64,000 nucleotides of DNA from Patescibacteria group bacterium (GTDB lineage: Bacteria; Patescibacteriota; Patescibacteriia; Patescibacteriales; UBA12465). The DNA lies in contig JBMNFV010000001.1 in the NCBI GenBank assembly GCA_050949505.1, positions 445,625 through 509,624 on the forward strand, in the 5' to 3' direction. This document shows positions 1-9,728 of this stretch, piece by piece. Below the pieces are notes generated by a model. That model did not search any database, was not told where the DNA came from, and was given only the letters and a program-made list of their open reading frames with translations. The position numbers were made by a program, and so were the translations under genes. Position 1 is the stretch's first letter. Each line of letters opens with the position of its first letter.

Positions 1-1
1 A

Positions 2-427
2 CTAGAGATGCGCGCCTACCTTAACAATCAGTCAGGCCTCTTAGGCCTTTCGGGAATTAGCGATGATATTAGAGGATTGTTAGCCGTGGAAGACAGTCAG
101 GCTGATGCCCGCCTAGCCCTAGCTGTGTATGTCGCCCGTATCAAACAAGAGATTGGTCGGATGGCAGCTAATTTAGGGGGAGTGGATTTATTAATCTTTG
201 CCGGTACAGTTGGGGAGCGCTCCTTTATTATGCGAGGCAGGATCGTGGCTGGCTTAGAGTTTCTTGGCCTAGAGCTTAACCAAGAGTTAAATAGGCAGTC
301 TGAGGGAGTGGAGGTTTGGTTATCTAGTGAGCAGTCACGAGTGAAGGTCTTAGTCGCCAAGACCGATGAAACCCTAGAAATTGCTCAGGCCACTCAGACG
401 GTGATTGATAATTTAAGGGGTAATTAG
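2..427 (+). CDS. ackA: Acetate kinase, C-terminal part (5' truncated by window)
   Basis: SGLLGLSGISDDIR and LGGVDLLIFAGTVGE match acetate kinase C-terminal motifs; upstream of pyk-eno. Confidence 0.9.
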   Translation, partial: LEMRAYLNNQSGLLGLSGISDDIRGLLAVEDSQADARLALAVYVARIKQEIGRMAANLGGVDLLIFAGTVGERSFIMRGRIVAGLEFLGLELNQELNRQSEGVEVWLSSEQSRVKVLVAKTDETLEIAQATQTVIDNLRGN

Positions 428-513
428 CCTTAGTTGTCAGAAGTGCTAGATTGCCCTATAATAAAGGAGCTAATTAACTAATTAAACAAATTTTTTTAAA
501 TATTAATAAATTT

Positions 514-1545
514 ATGCACACTAAAATTATTGCTACGATTGGACTAGAAACCGAGAAAGAAAAAAACCTGCTGGCTTTGATAAAGGCGGGAGTGAGAATG
601 ATTAGGGTTAATTTCTCTCACGCTAGCTACGACCAGTATTTGCGGGTTCAGAAAATTATTAAAGCCTATAACCGAAAGAATAAAAATAACCCAGTCTCAT
701 TAATGATGGATTTACAGGGACCACGGATTAGAGTGGGGCAGATGCCCGAGAAGGGAATCGTGATGCGCCTTAATGAAGAGTATCAATTCACCTATTCCCG
801 ACGAGCCTATCAAAATGACCAGGTGATCCCCATTGATAATCAAGACCTCTATAAATATATTAAACCAAAAGACCCTTTGTTCTTATGTAATGGTGATATT
901 GAATTAACCGTTACCGCCGTTGAAGACAAGGTGATTAAAGCTAAGGTGATTAACAATGGTGTGCTCCATAGCAATAAAGGGGTTAATGTCCCTAACACTA
1001 ATTTAAAGAAGTTTGGACTCACTGCTAAAGACCGGCGCGATGTGGCCTTTGGGATTCAGGCCGGGATGGACTATGTAGCACTTTCCTTTGTCCAAACCGC
1101 TGAGGATGTTAAGCGCCTTAAAAAACTATTAGGCAAAGATAGTACGGTGAAGATAATTTCTAAAATAGAGCGAGGGATAGCCCTTAAAAATATTAATGAG
1201 ATCATTAAGGAGTCAGATGTGATTATGATTGCTCGGGGTGACCTAGGCATTGAAGTTCCGATAGAAGAGCTGCCAATTATTCAGAAGAACTTGATTAAGC
1301 AAGCTCATTGGTATGGCAAGCCCGCTATTTTAGCCACACAAATTATGACCTCAATGATTAAAAATCCTCATCCTACCCGAGCGGAAGTTAGTGATATTGC
1401 TAACGCTATTTTTGACCGAGCGGATATGGTAATGCTTTCAGATGAGACTGCCGTGGGTGACTATCCAATTGAAGCGGTTAAAATTATGCGTAAAATAGTC
1501 AAGAAGACTACGGACTATGTTAATAAAAATTGTATTAGTGAATAG
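514..1545 (+). CDS. pyk: Pyruvate kinase, short form lacking the C-terminal domain
   Basis: TKIIATIG, RVNFSH, DLQGPRIR, IMIARGDLGIE, ATQIMTSM, PTRAEVSD, MLSDETAVG. Confidence 0.95.
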   Translation: MHTKIIATIGLETEKEKNLLALIKAGVRMIRVNFSHASYDQYLRVQKIIKAYNRKNKNNPVSLMMDLQGPRIRVGQMPEKGIVMRLNEEYQFTYSRRAYQNDQVIPIDNQDLYKYIKPKDPLFLCNGDIELTVTAVEDKVIKAKVINNGVLHSNKGVNVPNTNLKKFGLTAKDRRDVAFGIQAGMDYVALSFVQTAEDVKRLKKLLGKDSTVKIISKIERGIALKNINEIIKESDVIMIARGDLGIEVPIEELPIIQKNLIKQAHWYGKPAILATQIMTSMIKNPHPTRAEVSDIANAIFDRADMVMLSDETAVGDYPIEAVKIMRKIVKKTTDYVNKNCISE

Positions 1546-1549
1546 TAAT

Positions 1550-2839
1550 ATGAAAATAACTAGCCTACAAGCTTTACAAATTCTAGACTCACGCGGACAA
1601 CCGACCATTCAGGTAAGTCTCGGCTTAGAATCAGGTCTCAAGGCGACAGCCTCAGTTCCTAGTGGGGCTTCCACCGGCAGTCACGAGGCTAAAGAATTAA
1701 GGGATGGAGGTCCAGACTATCAGGGTCTAGGGGTGAGTCAGGCAATTAGCAATATTACCGAAAAGATTGCCCCTCGGCTGATTGGTTTAGAGGTTCAAAA
1801 TCAAGCTCAGCTAGACCAATTAATGATAGAGTTAGATGGCACGGCCGATAAGTCAAATCTAGGCGCTAACGCTATTTTAGGCGTCTCCTTAGCAATTGCG
1901 CGGGCCGGGGCTCTTGGTGCCCAATTGCCGCTATATGAATACTTAAGTCAATTTAACCCCAACTTCTCCGGGACCTACACTCTTCCTATTCCAATGCTCA
2001 ATGTTTTAAATGGGGGAGAGCATGCTAATTGGTCAACCGATATTCAAGAATATATGATCATGCCAGTGGGAGCACAGTCTTTTGCCCAGGCCTTGAAAAT
2101 GGGAGCCGAGATTTACCAACACTTAAAGAAGATTATCAAAGAGCAGGGCGATAAAATTACCGTTGGTGATGAGGGTGGCTTTGCGCCAGCCTTTAAGACT
2201 AATGAAGAGGCCTTTAGTCTGCTTAGTCAGGCCATTTTGGCGGCCGGTTATCAGCTAGGCACTGAGGTGGTCTTGGCGATTGATGCTGCCGCTAGTGAGT
2301 TCTACCAACCAGCAACCGATAGCTATGAACTTAAAAAAGAGGCTAAAAGTTTAAGCCGAGCGGAGTTAAGCGAGTTTTATCAGGGATTAATTAAGCGCTA
2401 TCCTTTATGGTCACTAGAAGACCCCTTTGCCGAAGATGATTGGACAGGCTTTAAAGAACTAACGGCTGCCTTGACTCCCCCCAAGCAGATAGTGGGCGAT
2501 GACTTGTATGTAACTAATAGTGAGCGCTTAGCGCGAGGAATCGCTGAGCAAGCGAGCAACTCTATTTTAATCAAGCCCAATCAGATAGGTACTCTTACAG
2601 AAACTATTAAGACTATTAATGAGGCACAAGCCCAAGGACTAACCGCCATTATCTCTCATCGGAGCGGGGAAACTGAAGATACCTTCATTGCCGATCTAGC
2701 AGTCGCAATGGGAACGGGACAAATTAAGACGGGCGCGCCAGCCAGAAGCGAGCGAACCGCTAAATATAATCGCTTGCTAGCGATAGAGCAGGAATTAGGC
2801 GAGCGAGCGGTGTATGCTAAATTTCCATTTTTCCCTTAA
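1550..2839 (+). CDS. eno: Enolase
   Basis: ILDSRGQPT, VPSGASTG, GDEGGFAP, SHRSGETED, KTGAPARSER; start moved to ATG 1550, just after the pyk stop. Confidence 0.97.
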   Translation: MKITSLQALQILDSRGQPTIQVSLGLESGLKATASVPSGASTGSHEAKELRDGGPDYQGLGVSQAISNITEKIAPRLIGLEVQNQAQLDQLMIELDGTADKSNLGANAILGVSLAIARAGALGAQLPLYEYLSQFNPNFSGTYTLPIPMLNVLNGGEHANWSTDIQEYMIMPVGAQSFAQALKMGAEIYQHLKKIIKEQGDKITVGDEGGFAPAFKTNEEAFSLLSQAILAAGYQLGTEVVLAIDAAASEFYQPATDSYELKKEAKSLSRAELSEFYQGLIKRYPLWSLEDPFAEDDWTGFKELTAALTPPKQIVGDDLYVTNSERLARGIAEQASNSILIKPNQIGTLTETIKTINEAQAQGLTAIISHRSGETEDTFIADLAVAMGTGQIKTGAPARSERTAKYNRLLAIEQELGERAVYAKFPFFP

Positions 2840-2883
2840 ATTTGCTATAATCAAGGGGCTAATTAATTAAGCAATTAAAAACT

Positions 2884-3624
2884 ATGAAAAAAATAAATGC
2901 CATTTTAAGTGCTCTAGGGATTTTAGTTCTAGGAGCAATAGTGATCACCGCCTTAGTAATCACTAATCAAACTAAGGATAAGGATCGCTTTTCTGTCTCG
3001 GGCTCAGGAACGGTCTATGCCCAAGCGGACATTGCTAATATTGAAATAGGGTTAAGGACGGCAACCAAGAAAACTGCCTTAGAGGCGGTTACCGACAATA
3101 CTAAGAAGATGAATGAGATTATTGCCGCTGTGGGTGAGTTAGGGGTAGAGAAGAAGGACATTAAGACCGCTAACTACAACCTAAACCCAGTCTATAACTA
3201 CACTCAAGCTAGAGGGCAGGAATTAATTGGCTATGAAGTTTATCAAAATATTAGTCTGAAGATTAGAGACTTAGATAAGATAGGTGAAGTGATCGCCAAG
3301 ACCACTGAACAGGGGGCTAATCAGGTTGGTAACATCAGCTTTACCATTGATGATGAATATGAGCTTAAGAATCAGGCCCGAGAGCTAGCAATTAACAAGG
3401 CACAAGAGAAGGCCGAATTAATCGCCGCTCAGTCAGGCATGAAATTAGGAAGAATTAAGGATGTTGTTGAAAACTACTATGACTATCAACCAGTTATGTA
3501 CTCTAACGCTAAACTGCTATTAGATGCTAGCTTTAGAGAAGAGGGGGGAATGGCTTCTCCAGATATTCAATCTGGACAAAACGAAGTTAAGGTGGAGGTA
3601 ACCCTAGTCTACGAAGTGAAATAG
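2884..3624 (+). CDS. SIMPL/DUF541 domain protein
   Basis: N-terminal TM; SVSGSGTV, ARELAINKAQEKAELIA, C-terminal VEVTLVYEV. Confidence 0.88.
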   Translation: MKKINAILSALGILVLGAIVITALVITNQTKDKDRFSVSGSGTVYAQADIANIEIGLRTATKKTALEAVTDNTKKMNEIIAAVGELGVEKKDIKTANYNLNPVYNYTQARGQELIGYEVYQNISLKIRDLDKIGEVIAKTTEQGANQVGNISFTIDDEYELKNQARELAINKAQEKAELIAAQSGMKLGRIKDVVENYYDYQPVMYSNAKLLLDASFREEGGMASPDIQSGQNEVKVEVTLVYEVK

Positions 3625-3660
3625 TTAAGGTTAATAGACTAGGATAAATTATAATTTTGG

Positions 3661-3690
3661 ACAAGACTGGCTCGTAGCCAGTCTTGTTTT
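3661..3690 (+). terminator. Intrinsic terminator
   Basis: acaagactggct-cgt-agccagtcttgt followed by T tract. Confidence 0.8.
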
Positions 3691-3941
3691 GTTAAGCAAA
3701 AAGAGATTAAAATGATGATCACTGGGAAACATATCTTTAATAATTAATTATTTACCCTGTGTAAGTTCCGATAATAAAACACAATAGGAGCTAAAGGTTA
3801 CGTAAAAGGTAACCTTTAGCTCACAAGTCTTAATTATATCAAATTCCAACTTGATTATTTTCTCTTTTTGTGTTAGATTAAAACATTAGTTTAACCAGTT
3901 ATTTAACAATTAAATATGAAAGGAGGAAATTATAGAAATAG

Positions 3942-5438
3942 ATGTCTAACTTAAAAATAAAAGAAATGGAAAAGAACGGAAAAAAAGAAGTAGCCACTAG
4001 TGGCAGAAATATCATGGTAATTGACACTAATGTCCTCATTGAGGACTATGGGTCAATTAGTGAGCTGAGAAAAGGGAATAACCTATTAGTTATCCCCCTA
4101 ACAGTTATCCACGAGTTGGATAACTTAAAAAATGACCCTCGCTTAGGTCATGAAGTTAGGCGGGTAATCAGGATTATCGACGACTTACAAGAGTCTCAAG
4201 ATCCAGGTTTGATTATTGAATCAGGAATGGCTTTTTCTCAGTTGAATCTGGAAAGGGGCAAACCTGACCACCAGATCATAGCTACCCTTAACTATGTCTA
4301 CCAAAGGTGGATTAAGGGGCAAGGGGTCTATAAGGGCTATGATAAGGTAAAACTGATCACTAATGACTTTGGGGTTAAAATCTTAGCTCGCAGTGTTAAC
4401 AAGAGATATGATATTTCCATCGAGCAATATAAGAAGGCTCGGGCTAAGATCCAAAAGAAGGATCTGGAAATACCTTATTTCTTCGTTAGCCCTGATAGGG
4501 TTGCCAAAGATTGGAGCAAAAGTTGTTGTTTTCCAATTAATGGCTTAGAGAAAAAAGTCAATGATGGCTCAGCCATGATTGGCTATACCAGCAAGAAAAA
4601 CGCCAAAAAAGGCGAATTTATTGCGGTAAGGAGGGGTGATCAATTGGAGATGATCCGCTCCAATATCTCGGCGAGTGGCATAAAGCCCAAGCGGAGCAAG
4701 GAGGGAAATCATCCCAACTGGGAACAGGCCCTAGCCTTGTACTATACCCTTAATCAAGACTTTGATTGTGTGTTTTTGCAAGGGGCGGCAGGGTCTGGCA
4801 AAACCTTGATTGCCATGGCAGCCGCACTGGAGCTTAAGAAAAAGGATCTTTATGACAAGGTTATGATTTTTCGAGTCCCTGAACCAGTGGACCGAAAAAA
4901 GACCCTTGGCCTATTGCCAGGTGATGCTGGCGCGAAGATCGGCCTTTACCTTAGACCTATAGCCCAGTCATTAGTTAAGTTAATTGGTGATAGCGACAAC
5001 CGTCGCGGCAACACCATTGCTGAGCTAGCGAATGGGAGGAAGAGGAGAGATAATGAGATAAAGGAAGAAGCTCCTAAAAGCAGCAAAAACTCTAATCTTT
5101 TAGTTCACGTTGATGAACTATTTGATAGATACGGACTAGAAATTGCCGTACTAGAGTTTGTGCGAGGGGAGAATCTTGATAATGCCTTTATCATCGTAGA
5201 TGATGCCCAAAACCTATCCAGGCACGAGGTCAAAACCTTAATTACTAGGGTTGGTGAAAATAGCAAAATTGTTTTCACTGGCGACCTGGGGCAAATAGAC
5301 TCTCCCTACTTGGACGAAACTACTAGTGGACTAGCCCACGCGATTAAGAAGATGGGCACAGATCCACGGGTAGGAATAGTGACGCTTAGACAAACCCTCA
5401 GAAGCCGGGTAGCGACTTTGGCAGAAGAGGTGCTTTAA
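3942..5438 (+). CDS. PIN domain-PhoH family ATPase (PhoH2/YlaK-like)
   Basis: PIN motifs VIDTNVLI, VIHELDNLK, DHQII, ITND; Walker A GAAGSGKT; IIVDDAQNL; TGDLGQID. Confidence 0.92.
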   Translation: MSNLKIKEMEKNGKKEVATSGRNIMVIDTNVLIEDYGSISELRKGNNLLVIPLTVIHELDNLKNDPRLGHEVRRVIRIIDDLQESQDPGLIIESGMAFSQLNLERGKPDHQIIATLNYVYQRWIKGQGVYKGYDKVKLITNDFGVKILARSVNKRYDISIEQYKKARAKIQKKDLEIPYFFVSPDRVAKDWSKSCCFPINGLEKKVNDGSAMIGYTSKKNAKKGEFIAVRRGDQLEMIRSNISASGIKPKRSKEGNHPNWEQALALYYTLNQDFDCVFLQGAAGSGKTLIAMAAALELKKKDLYDKVMIFRVPEPVDRKKTLGLLPGDAGAKIGLYLRPIAQSLVKLIGDSDNRRGNTIAELANGRKRRDNEIKEEAPKSSKNSNLLVHVDELFDRYGLEIAVLEFVRGENLDNAFIIVDDAQNLSRHEVKTLITRVGENSKIVFTGDLGQIDSPYLDETTSGLAHAIKKMGTDPRVGIVTLRQTLRSRVATLAEEVL

Positions 5439-5540
5439 TAATAATTAGGCTTAGTTAAAAACTAAGCCTTTTTTATTTGAAAAAAGAGATTAAAAGTGCT
5501 ATAATTAAGAAAGTTTAATAATAATTTAAGTTTATCAATT

Positions 5541-5858
5541 ATGAGTAAAGAAACAAAACTACAAAAACAACCTAATATAAATACAGAGACAGAAGAACAA
5601 GTAGAGGTTATTATTAATTCAGAAGAGCAGGGGACTCAAGGCAAGAAGAAAAAAGAAAAGGATAGAACAGTGGCGGCGCTCTTAGCTTTCTTTTTGGGAG
5701 GCTTAGGAGTTCATCGCTTTTATTTAGGCAAAACCGTTAGTGGGGTGATTATGTTAATCTTTTCCTGGACCATGATCCCCGCCTTTGTTGCTCTAATAGA
5801 CTTTATTATCATTATCACTACTGATAAAGAAGATTTTAATAAAAAATATAATAGTTAA
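5541..5858 (+). CDS. TM2 domain membrane protein
   Basis: KDRTVAALLAFFLGGLGVHRFYLGK. Confidence 0.9.
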   Translation: MSKETKLQKQPNINTETEEQVEVIINSEEQGTQGKKKKEKDRTVAALLAFFLGGLGVHRFYLGKTVSGVIMLIFSWTMIPAFVALIDFIIIITTDKEDFNKKYNS

Positions 5859-5875
5859 TTAATTAGAAAAAATTT

Positions 5876-6442
5876 ATGAAAAAAAAGAACATTATTTGGG
5901 GTCTAGTCGCTTTAGTCATCCTAGTAGTGATTGGTCTATGGTCGTCATACAACAAATTAGTGGTAGCCGAGGAAGGAGTTAATACTCAATGGGCACAAGT
6001 TGAAGCTCAATACCAAAGGCGAGCTGATTTAATTATGAATTTAATGGCCTCAGTTGAAGGACAGTTTGATCAAGAGCAAGCAGTTTTTGGTGAACTAGCT
6101 AGAGCTAGACAGAATTATTCAGGTGCTCAGACGATGGGAGATAAAATTCAAGCTGCTACCGAAATGGATGGGGCGCTAGGGCGCTTATTAGTGATCATGG
6201 AGAATTATCCAGAATTGAAGTCTAGTGAGCTTATGGCCCAATTTATGGCCCAACAAGAGGGAACGGAGAATCGGATCTCAGTGGAAAGACAGCGATTTAA
6301 TGAAGCTGCTCAAAATTACAATATTTTAACCAGAAGAATCCCTACTAATATAATTGCTAGTCTATTTAACTTTTCTGCTAAACCCTATTTCCAATCAAGT
6401 CCTGGGGCAGAACAGGCTCCACAAATTGATTTTCGCCGTTAA
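5876..6442 (+). CDS. lemA: LemA family protein
   Basis: YNKLV...WAQVEAQYQRRADL, ENYPELKS, ENRISVERQRFN. Confidence 0.95.
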   Translation: MKKKNIIWGLVALVILVVIGLWSSYNKLVVAEEGVNTQWAQVEAQYQRRADLIMNLMASVEGQFDQEQAVFGELARARQNYSGAQTMGDKIQAATEMDGALGRLLVIMENYPELKSSELMAQFMAQQEGTENRISVERQRFNEAAQNYNILTRRIPTNIIASLFNFSAKPYFQSSPGAEQAPQIDFRR

Positions 6443-6457
6443 AATTAGTTTAGTTAA

Positions 6458-7381
6458 ATGCGGTTAATTATTAAACAAATATTAGTAGTTGGTTTAGTGA
6501 TCTCAGGGTTAATCTGGGGAGCAAGTTTTTCTGCTAAAGCTGAGACAGTGGCTGAACTCGGGACACCCACTGGTTATGTTAATGATTATGCCACTGTTCT
6601 TAGTGAATCAGAGCGAGCTGAACTTAACCAGCAACTAACGGCGTTTGCTCAGGAAACTAGCAATGAGCTGGTAGTTGTTACAGTTAACGACTTGGCAGGG
6701 CTGCCAATTGAGTATTACGCCACCGAATTATTTGCTAAATGGCAGATTGGTCAAGCCGGCCGAGATAATGGAGTTTTGTTGTTAATCGCTAAAGATGAGG
6801 GTGAGCTAAGAATTGAGGTAGGCTACGGCTTAGAAGGGGCGATCACGGATGCTTTAAGTTATCAAATTGTTACCCAGAAAATAGCGCCAGCGCTAACCGC
6901 GGGTAATTATTATCAAGGAATTAAAGCAGGACTGGATAGCTTAATGGAAGCATCTCAAGGAGAATATACGGCTACTGAGCCAGTGAGACATAATCAAGGA
7001 GAATGGTTTCTTTTTTTAGTCAAACTCTTTATTCTAGCAGCGGGACTCCTTAATCTCCTCTGGCGCTATTTAGCAAAGACTAAGTCTTGGTGGCAGGGAG
7101 GAGTGATTGGCTTGGTGCTTGGACTACTGATTGCGACTATTATTACTAAAGAGCCAGTAACGATAATAGTCACGGCTTTAGTTCTAATGACCTTAGGCTT
7201 TATTGCCGACTACCTAGTCTCACGAGTCTTACCTCCACCAAAGCTGCTACCAAAAAACAAGACAGGTGGACGAGGCGGCGGCACTTGGTTTATTGGCGGT
7301 GGTGGCGGAGGCAGCAGTGGTGGCTTTGGTGGCTTTGGGGGTGGTCGTAGCGGTGGGGGTGGTTTCTCAGGGAGGTTTTAA
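6458..7381 (+). CDS. TPM (TLP18.3/Psb32/MOLO-1) domain membrane protein with Gly-rich tail
   Basis: YVNDYA, DNGVLLLIA, RIEVGYGLEGAITD, GGGRSGGGG tail; follows lemA. Confidence 0.92.
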   Translation: MRLIIKQILVVGLVISGLIWGASFSAKAETVAELGTPTGYVNDYATVLSESERAELNQQLTAFAQETSNELVVVTVNDLAGLPIEYYATELFAKWQIGQAGRDNGVLLLIAKDEGELRIEVGYGLEGAITDALSYQIVTQKIAPALTAGNYYQGIKAGLDSLMEASQGEYTATEPVRHNQGEWFLFLVKLFILAAGLLNLLWRYLAKTKSWWQGGVIGLVLGLLIATIITKEPVTIIVTALVLMTLGFIADYLVSRVLPPPKLLPKNKTGGRGGGTWFIGGGGGGSSGGFGGFGGGRSGGGGFSGRF

Positions 7382-7434
7382 TAATATGAATAATAAACTA
7401 GAATTATATAGACTATATAGACTAACGATCGCTT

Positions 7435-7896
7435 ATGTTAGAAATTATATTATTAGTCATCGGTTCGGTGCGAGATAGACGTTATCAGGAGCTAATTAAA
7501 GACTACCGAAAAAGACTAAAACCTTATTTACGATTAACTGAGATAGAGCTCAAGGCTCTATCTTTTACTACCGCCACTAAAAGCAGGGCTCGGGATTATG
7601 AGAGTGAGCGCATCAGAGAATCGCTACGGAAGTATGAAGATAGTCACTTAATCTATCTGCTCGCGGAACGGGGTCAGCAGTTTGATTCTGTGGCCCTAGC
7701 TAGACACCTAAGAGACCAGCAGCCCTTAGTCCTAGTGATCGGAGGCAGCCTAGGCTTTAGCGAGTCTTTAATTAAGCAGTATCCAGCCATCTCCTTGTCA
7801 GCCCTCACCTTGCCGCATGAGTTAGCTCGGGTAGTATTATTTGAACAATTATTTAGGGCGGCTTGTATTTTAAATAATAAGGAGTATCACCACTAA
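7435..7896 (+). CDS. rlmH: 23S rRNA pseudouridine-1915 N3-methyltransferase RlmH
   Basis: VIGGSLG, ISLSALTLPHELARVVLFEQLFRA, YHH end. Confidence 0.92.
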   Translation: MLEIILLVIGSVRDRRYQELIKDYRKRLKPYLRLTEIELKALSFTTATKSRARDYESERIRESLRKYEDSHLIYLLAERGQQFDSVALARHLRDQQPLVLVIGGSLGFSESLIKQYPAISLSALTLPHELARVVLFEQLFRAACILNNKEYHH

Positions 7897-7906
7897 GCAA
7901 ATATTT

Positions 7907-8623
7907 ATGACTGAGTTAGCTAAGCTTAAACAAGCGCTAATTAGGGCAGCTGACCCGCGGCAAGTTGAGGGCTTGCAGAGATTCTTTAAAACCGCCCCAG
8001 GAGAATATGGGGCCGGTGATGTTTTCTTGGGTCTTAAAATTCCTCAGATTAGAGTGATAGTTAGGGACTACTTAAAGCTAAGCTACTCAGACTTAGCTAG
8101 TTTGTTATCAAGTAAGTATCACGAGTTTAGACTGGCCGCCTTATTTATTTTAGTTAAACAATATCAAGTGGCTAACAAGGAGCCAGAGCAAATTGTTAAT
8201 TTCTATTTAAGCAAACTACCGCGAGTTAATAATTGGGACTTGGTAGACTTATCTGCCCCCTATATCTTAGGTGACTATCTATTAAACAAACCGGCTTTAA
8301 GAAAAAGCCTTTTAAGCAAGTTAGCTAACTCAGAGATTTTGTGGGAGCGTCGGGTGGCGATAGTAGCTTGCTATCCACTGATTAAGGCGGGGAGTACTTT
8401 AGAGATCTTTAAACTCACCAAACAATTAGCTGGTGACCAAGAAGATCTAATTCACAAGGCGCTGGGCTGGATGTTAAGAGAGGTGGGCAAACAGGTAAGT
8501 GAAGAGGTTTTAAAAGAATTTCTCAGGGCCCAGTATCCTAAGTTAGCCCGCACTACTCTGCGTTATGCAATAGAGCGATTTAAGGAAGAGGAGCGACTTT
8601 GGTATCTCCGAGGGGATTTTTAA
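7907..8623 (+). CDS. DNA alkylation repair protein (AlkD-like)
   Basis: FFKTAPGEYG, NNWDLVDLSA, WERR, LIHKALGWMLREVGK, RTTLRYAIE. Confidence 0.9.
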   Translation: MTELAKLKQALIRAADPRQVEGLQRFFKTAPGEYGAGDVFLGLKIPQIRVIVRDYLKLSYSDLASLLSSKYHEFRLAALFILVKQYQVANKEPEQIVNFYLSKLPRVNNWDLVDLSAPYILGDYLLNKPALRKSLLSKLANSEILWERRVAIVACYPLIKAGSTLEIFKLTKQLAGDQEDLIHKALGWMLREVGKQVSEEVLKEFLRAQYPKLARTTLRYAIERFKEEERLWYLRGDF

Positions 8624-8833
8624 GAGCAGGGGATAAATCACCCTTTATTTATTGGCAGAATATTCAGAGTGTGCTATAATAGACTTGTCTTCATTGAGCT
8701 TTAGTTAGACTCGGAGTTTAGACCCCGATAAACACTAACTAATTTTCAGGAGACAAGAAAAAGTTTAATAATCTTAATCGAGGAGTTTAGTGGTTAGCTT
8801 CTGTAAGTTATCGGCTAGACCCTCAAAAAAATT

Positions 8834-9115
8834 ATGCAAAAAATGACAAAAGCAAGATTGATTGCTAGCTTGTCTGAGAGCACTGGTCTAAGCAAAAAAG
8901 AAGTTAGTGCTTTCATGGATACCTTGACCGAGACCGTGTACAAGGAAGTGAAGAAGAATGGCGAATGCCCACTACCAGGTTTTGGTAAGTTGGTAAAAGC
9001 TAAGCGCAAGGCCAGAGAGGGACGTAACCCAGCCACTGGAGAAACTATTCAAATTCCTGCTAAGACCGTGGTTAAGTTCCGTCTAGCTAAGGCGGCTAAG
9101 GACGCGATTCTCTAA
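8834..9115 (+). CDS. hup: HU family DNA-binding protein
   Basis: LPGFGKL, KAREGRNPATGETIQIPAK. Confidence 0.96.
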   Translation: MQKMTKARLIASLSESTGLSKKEVSAFMDTLTETVYKEVKKNGECPLPGFGKLVKAKRKAREGRNPATGETIQIPAKTVVKFRLAKAAKDAIL

Positions 9116-9244
9116 ACAAGTTTTTGCAGTAAATATCAAAACCATCTCGTCGGAATCCGAGGTGGTTTTTCTTAGGAAATTATTCTTAGACTGAGGAGTT
9201 ATTAGCTTGATTAGTAGTTGTCAAGAATTTGCTTAGTGATTTAA

Positions 9245-9278
9245 AAGAGACCAGACCGCTACGGCGGTCTGGTCTCTT
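9245..9278. terminator. 15-bp perfect hairpin between convergent hup and HTH genes
   Basis: aagagaccagaccgc-tacg-gcggtctggtctctt. Confidence 0.7.
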
Positions 9279-9320
9279 ATCTTTAAACATTAATTTAAAG
9301 AGGTCTTTCCACTAATCACT

Positions 9321-9605
9321 TTAAAGTAATTCTTTTTGCCACTTATCCACATATTGCCCTAGTCCGGAGTTTAGTAGCTTATTTCTCAACTTAGTATTTT
9401 TATTCAAAAAGATTAGCAGGGAACTAAGCTCAATTTGGTAACGGTTCTTAACAATGCGATACTTGAATTGAGGGTCAAACTTAATGGCTCGCCTAATAGT
9501 TTTATCTCCCACTCCCCCTAGTTTGGCCGCCTCAGAAACACTCAACCAAATGGGGTTGAGGATCTTTTTCTTAGCTGACTGTTTGGCGAGACTCCTTGTT
9601 TCCAT
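9321..9605 (-). CDS. Small helix-turn-helix DNA-binding protein (excisionase/MerR-like HTH)
   Basis: WLSVSEAAKLGGVGDKTIRRAIK; minus-strand promoters upstream. Confidence 0.8.
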   Translation of the reverse strand: METRSLAKQSAKKKILNPIWLSVSEAAKLGGVGDKTIRRAIKFDPQFKYRIVKNRYQIELSSLLIFLNKNTKLRNKLLNSGLGQYVDKWQKELL

Positions 9606-9610
9606 AGTTT

Positions 9611-9728
9611 AGTCTAGGCTACTCTAGACTTAAGTCTAGGCTATAGGCAGAGAAAGGTCAAGTCCTTTAGTTCCCCTTGGCCGAGAATATCTTAAATTAA
9701 TCACTTTAAGTCTAGAGTAGTCTAGACT
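9611..9728. repeat. Array of AGTCTAGACT-like palindromes forming a 22/23-bp inverted repeat
   Basis: 9611-9633 agtctaggctactctagacttaa versus reverse complement of 9706-9728 agtctagactactctagacttaa. Confidence 0.85.

Noticed and set aside
7266-7381. GGT/GGC repeat tract
   Set aside because: Ordinary Gly-rich tail of TPM proteins
7405-7424. tatatagac tandem duplication
   Set aside because: Only two short AT-rich copies; likely slippage
9343-9351. Perfect DnaA box TTATCCACA suggesting oriC
   Set aside because: Single copy inside a CDS (YVDK codons); no cluster of boxes and no dnaA nearby
9313-9709. 12-bp direct repeat taatcactttaa flanking the HTH gene as a target-site duplication
   Set aside because: AT-rich, no integrase or transposase; could be chance
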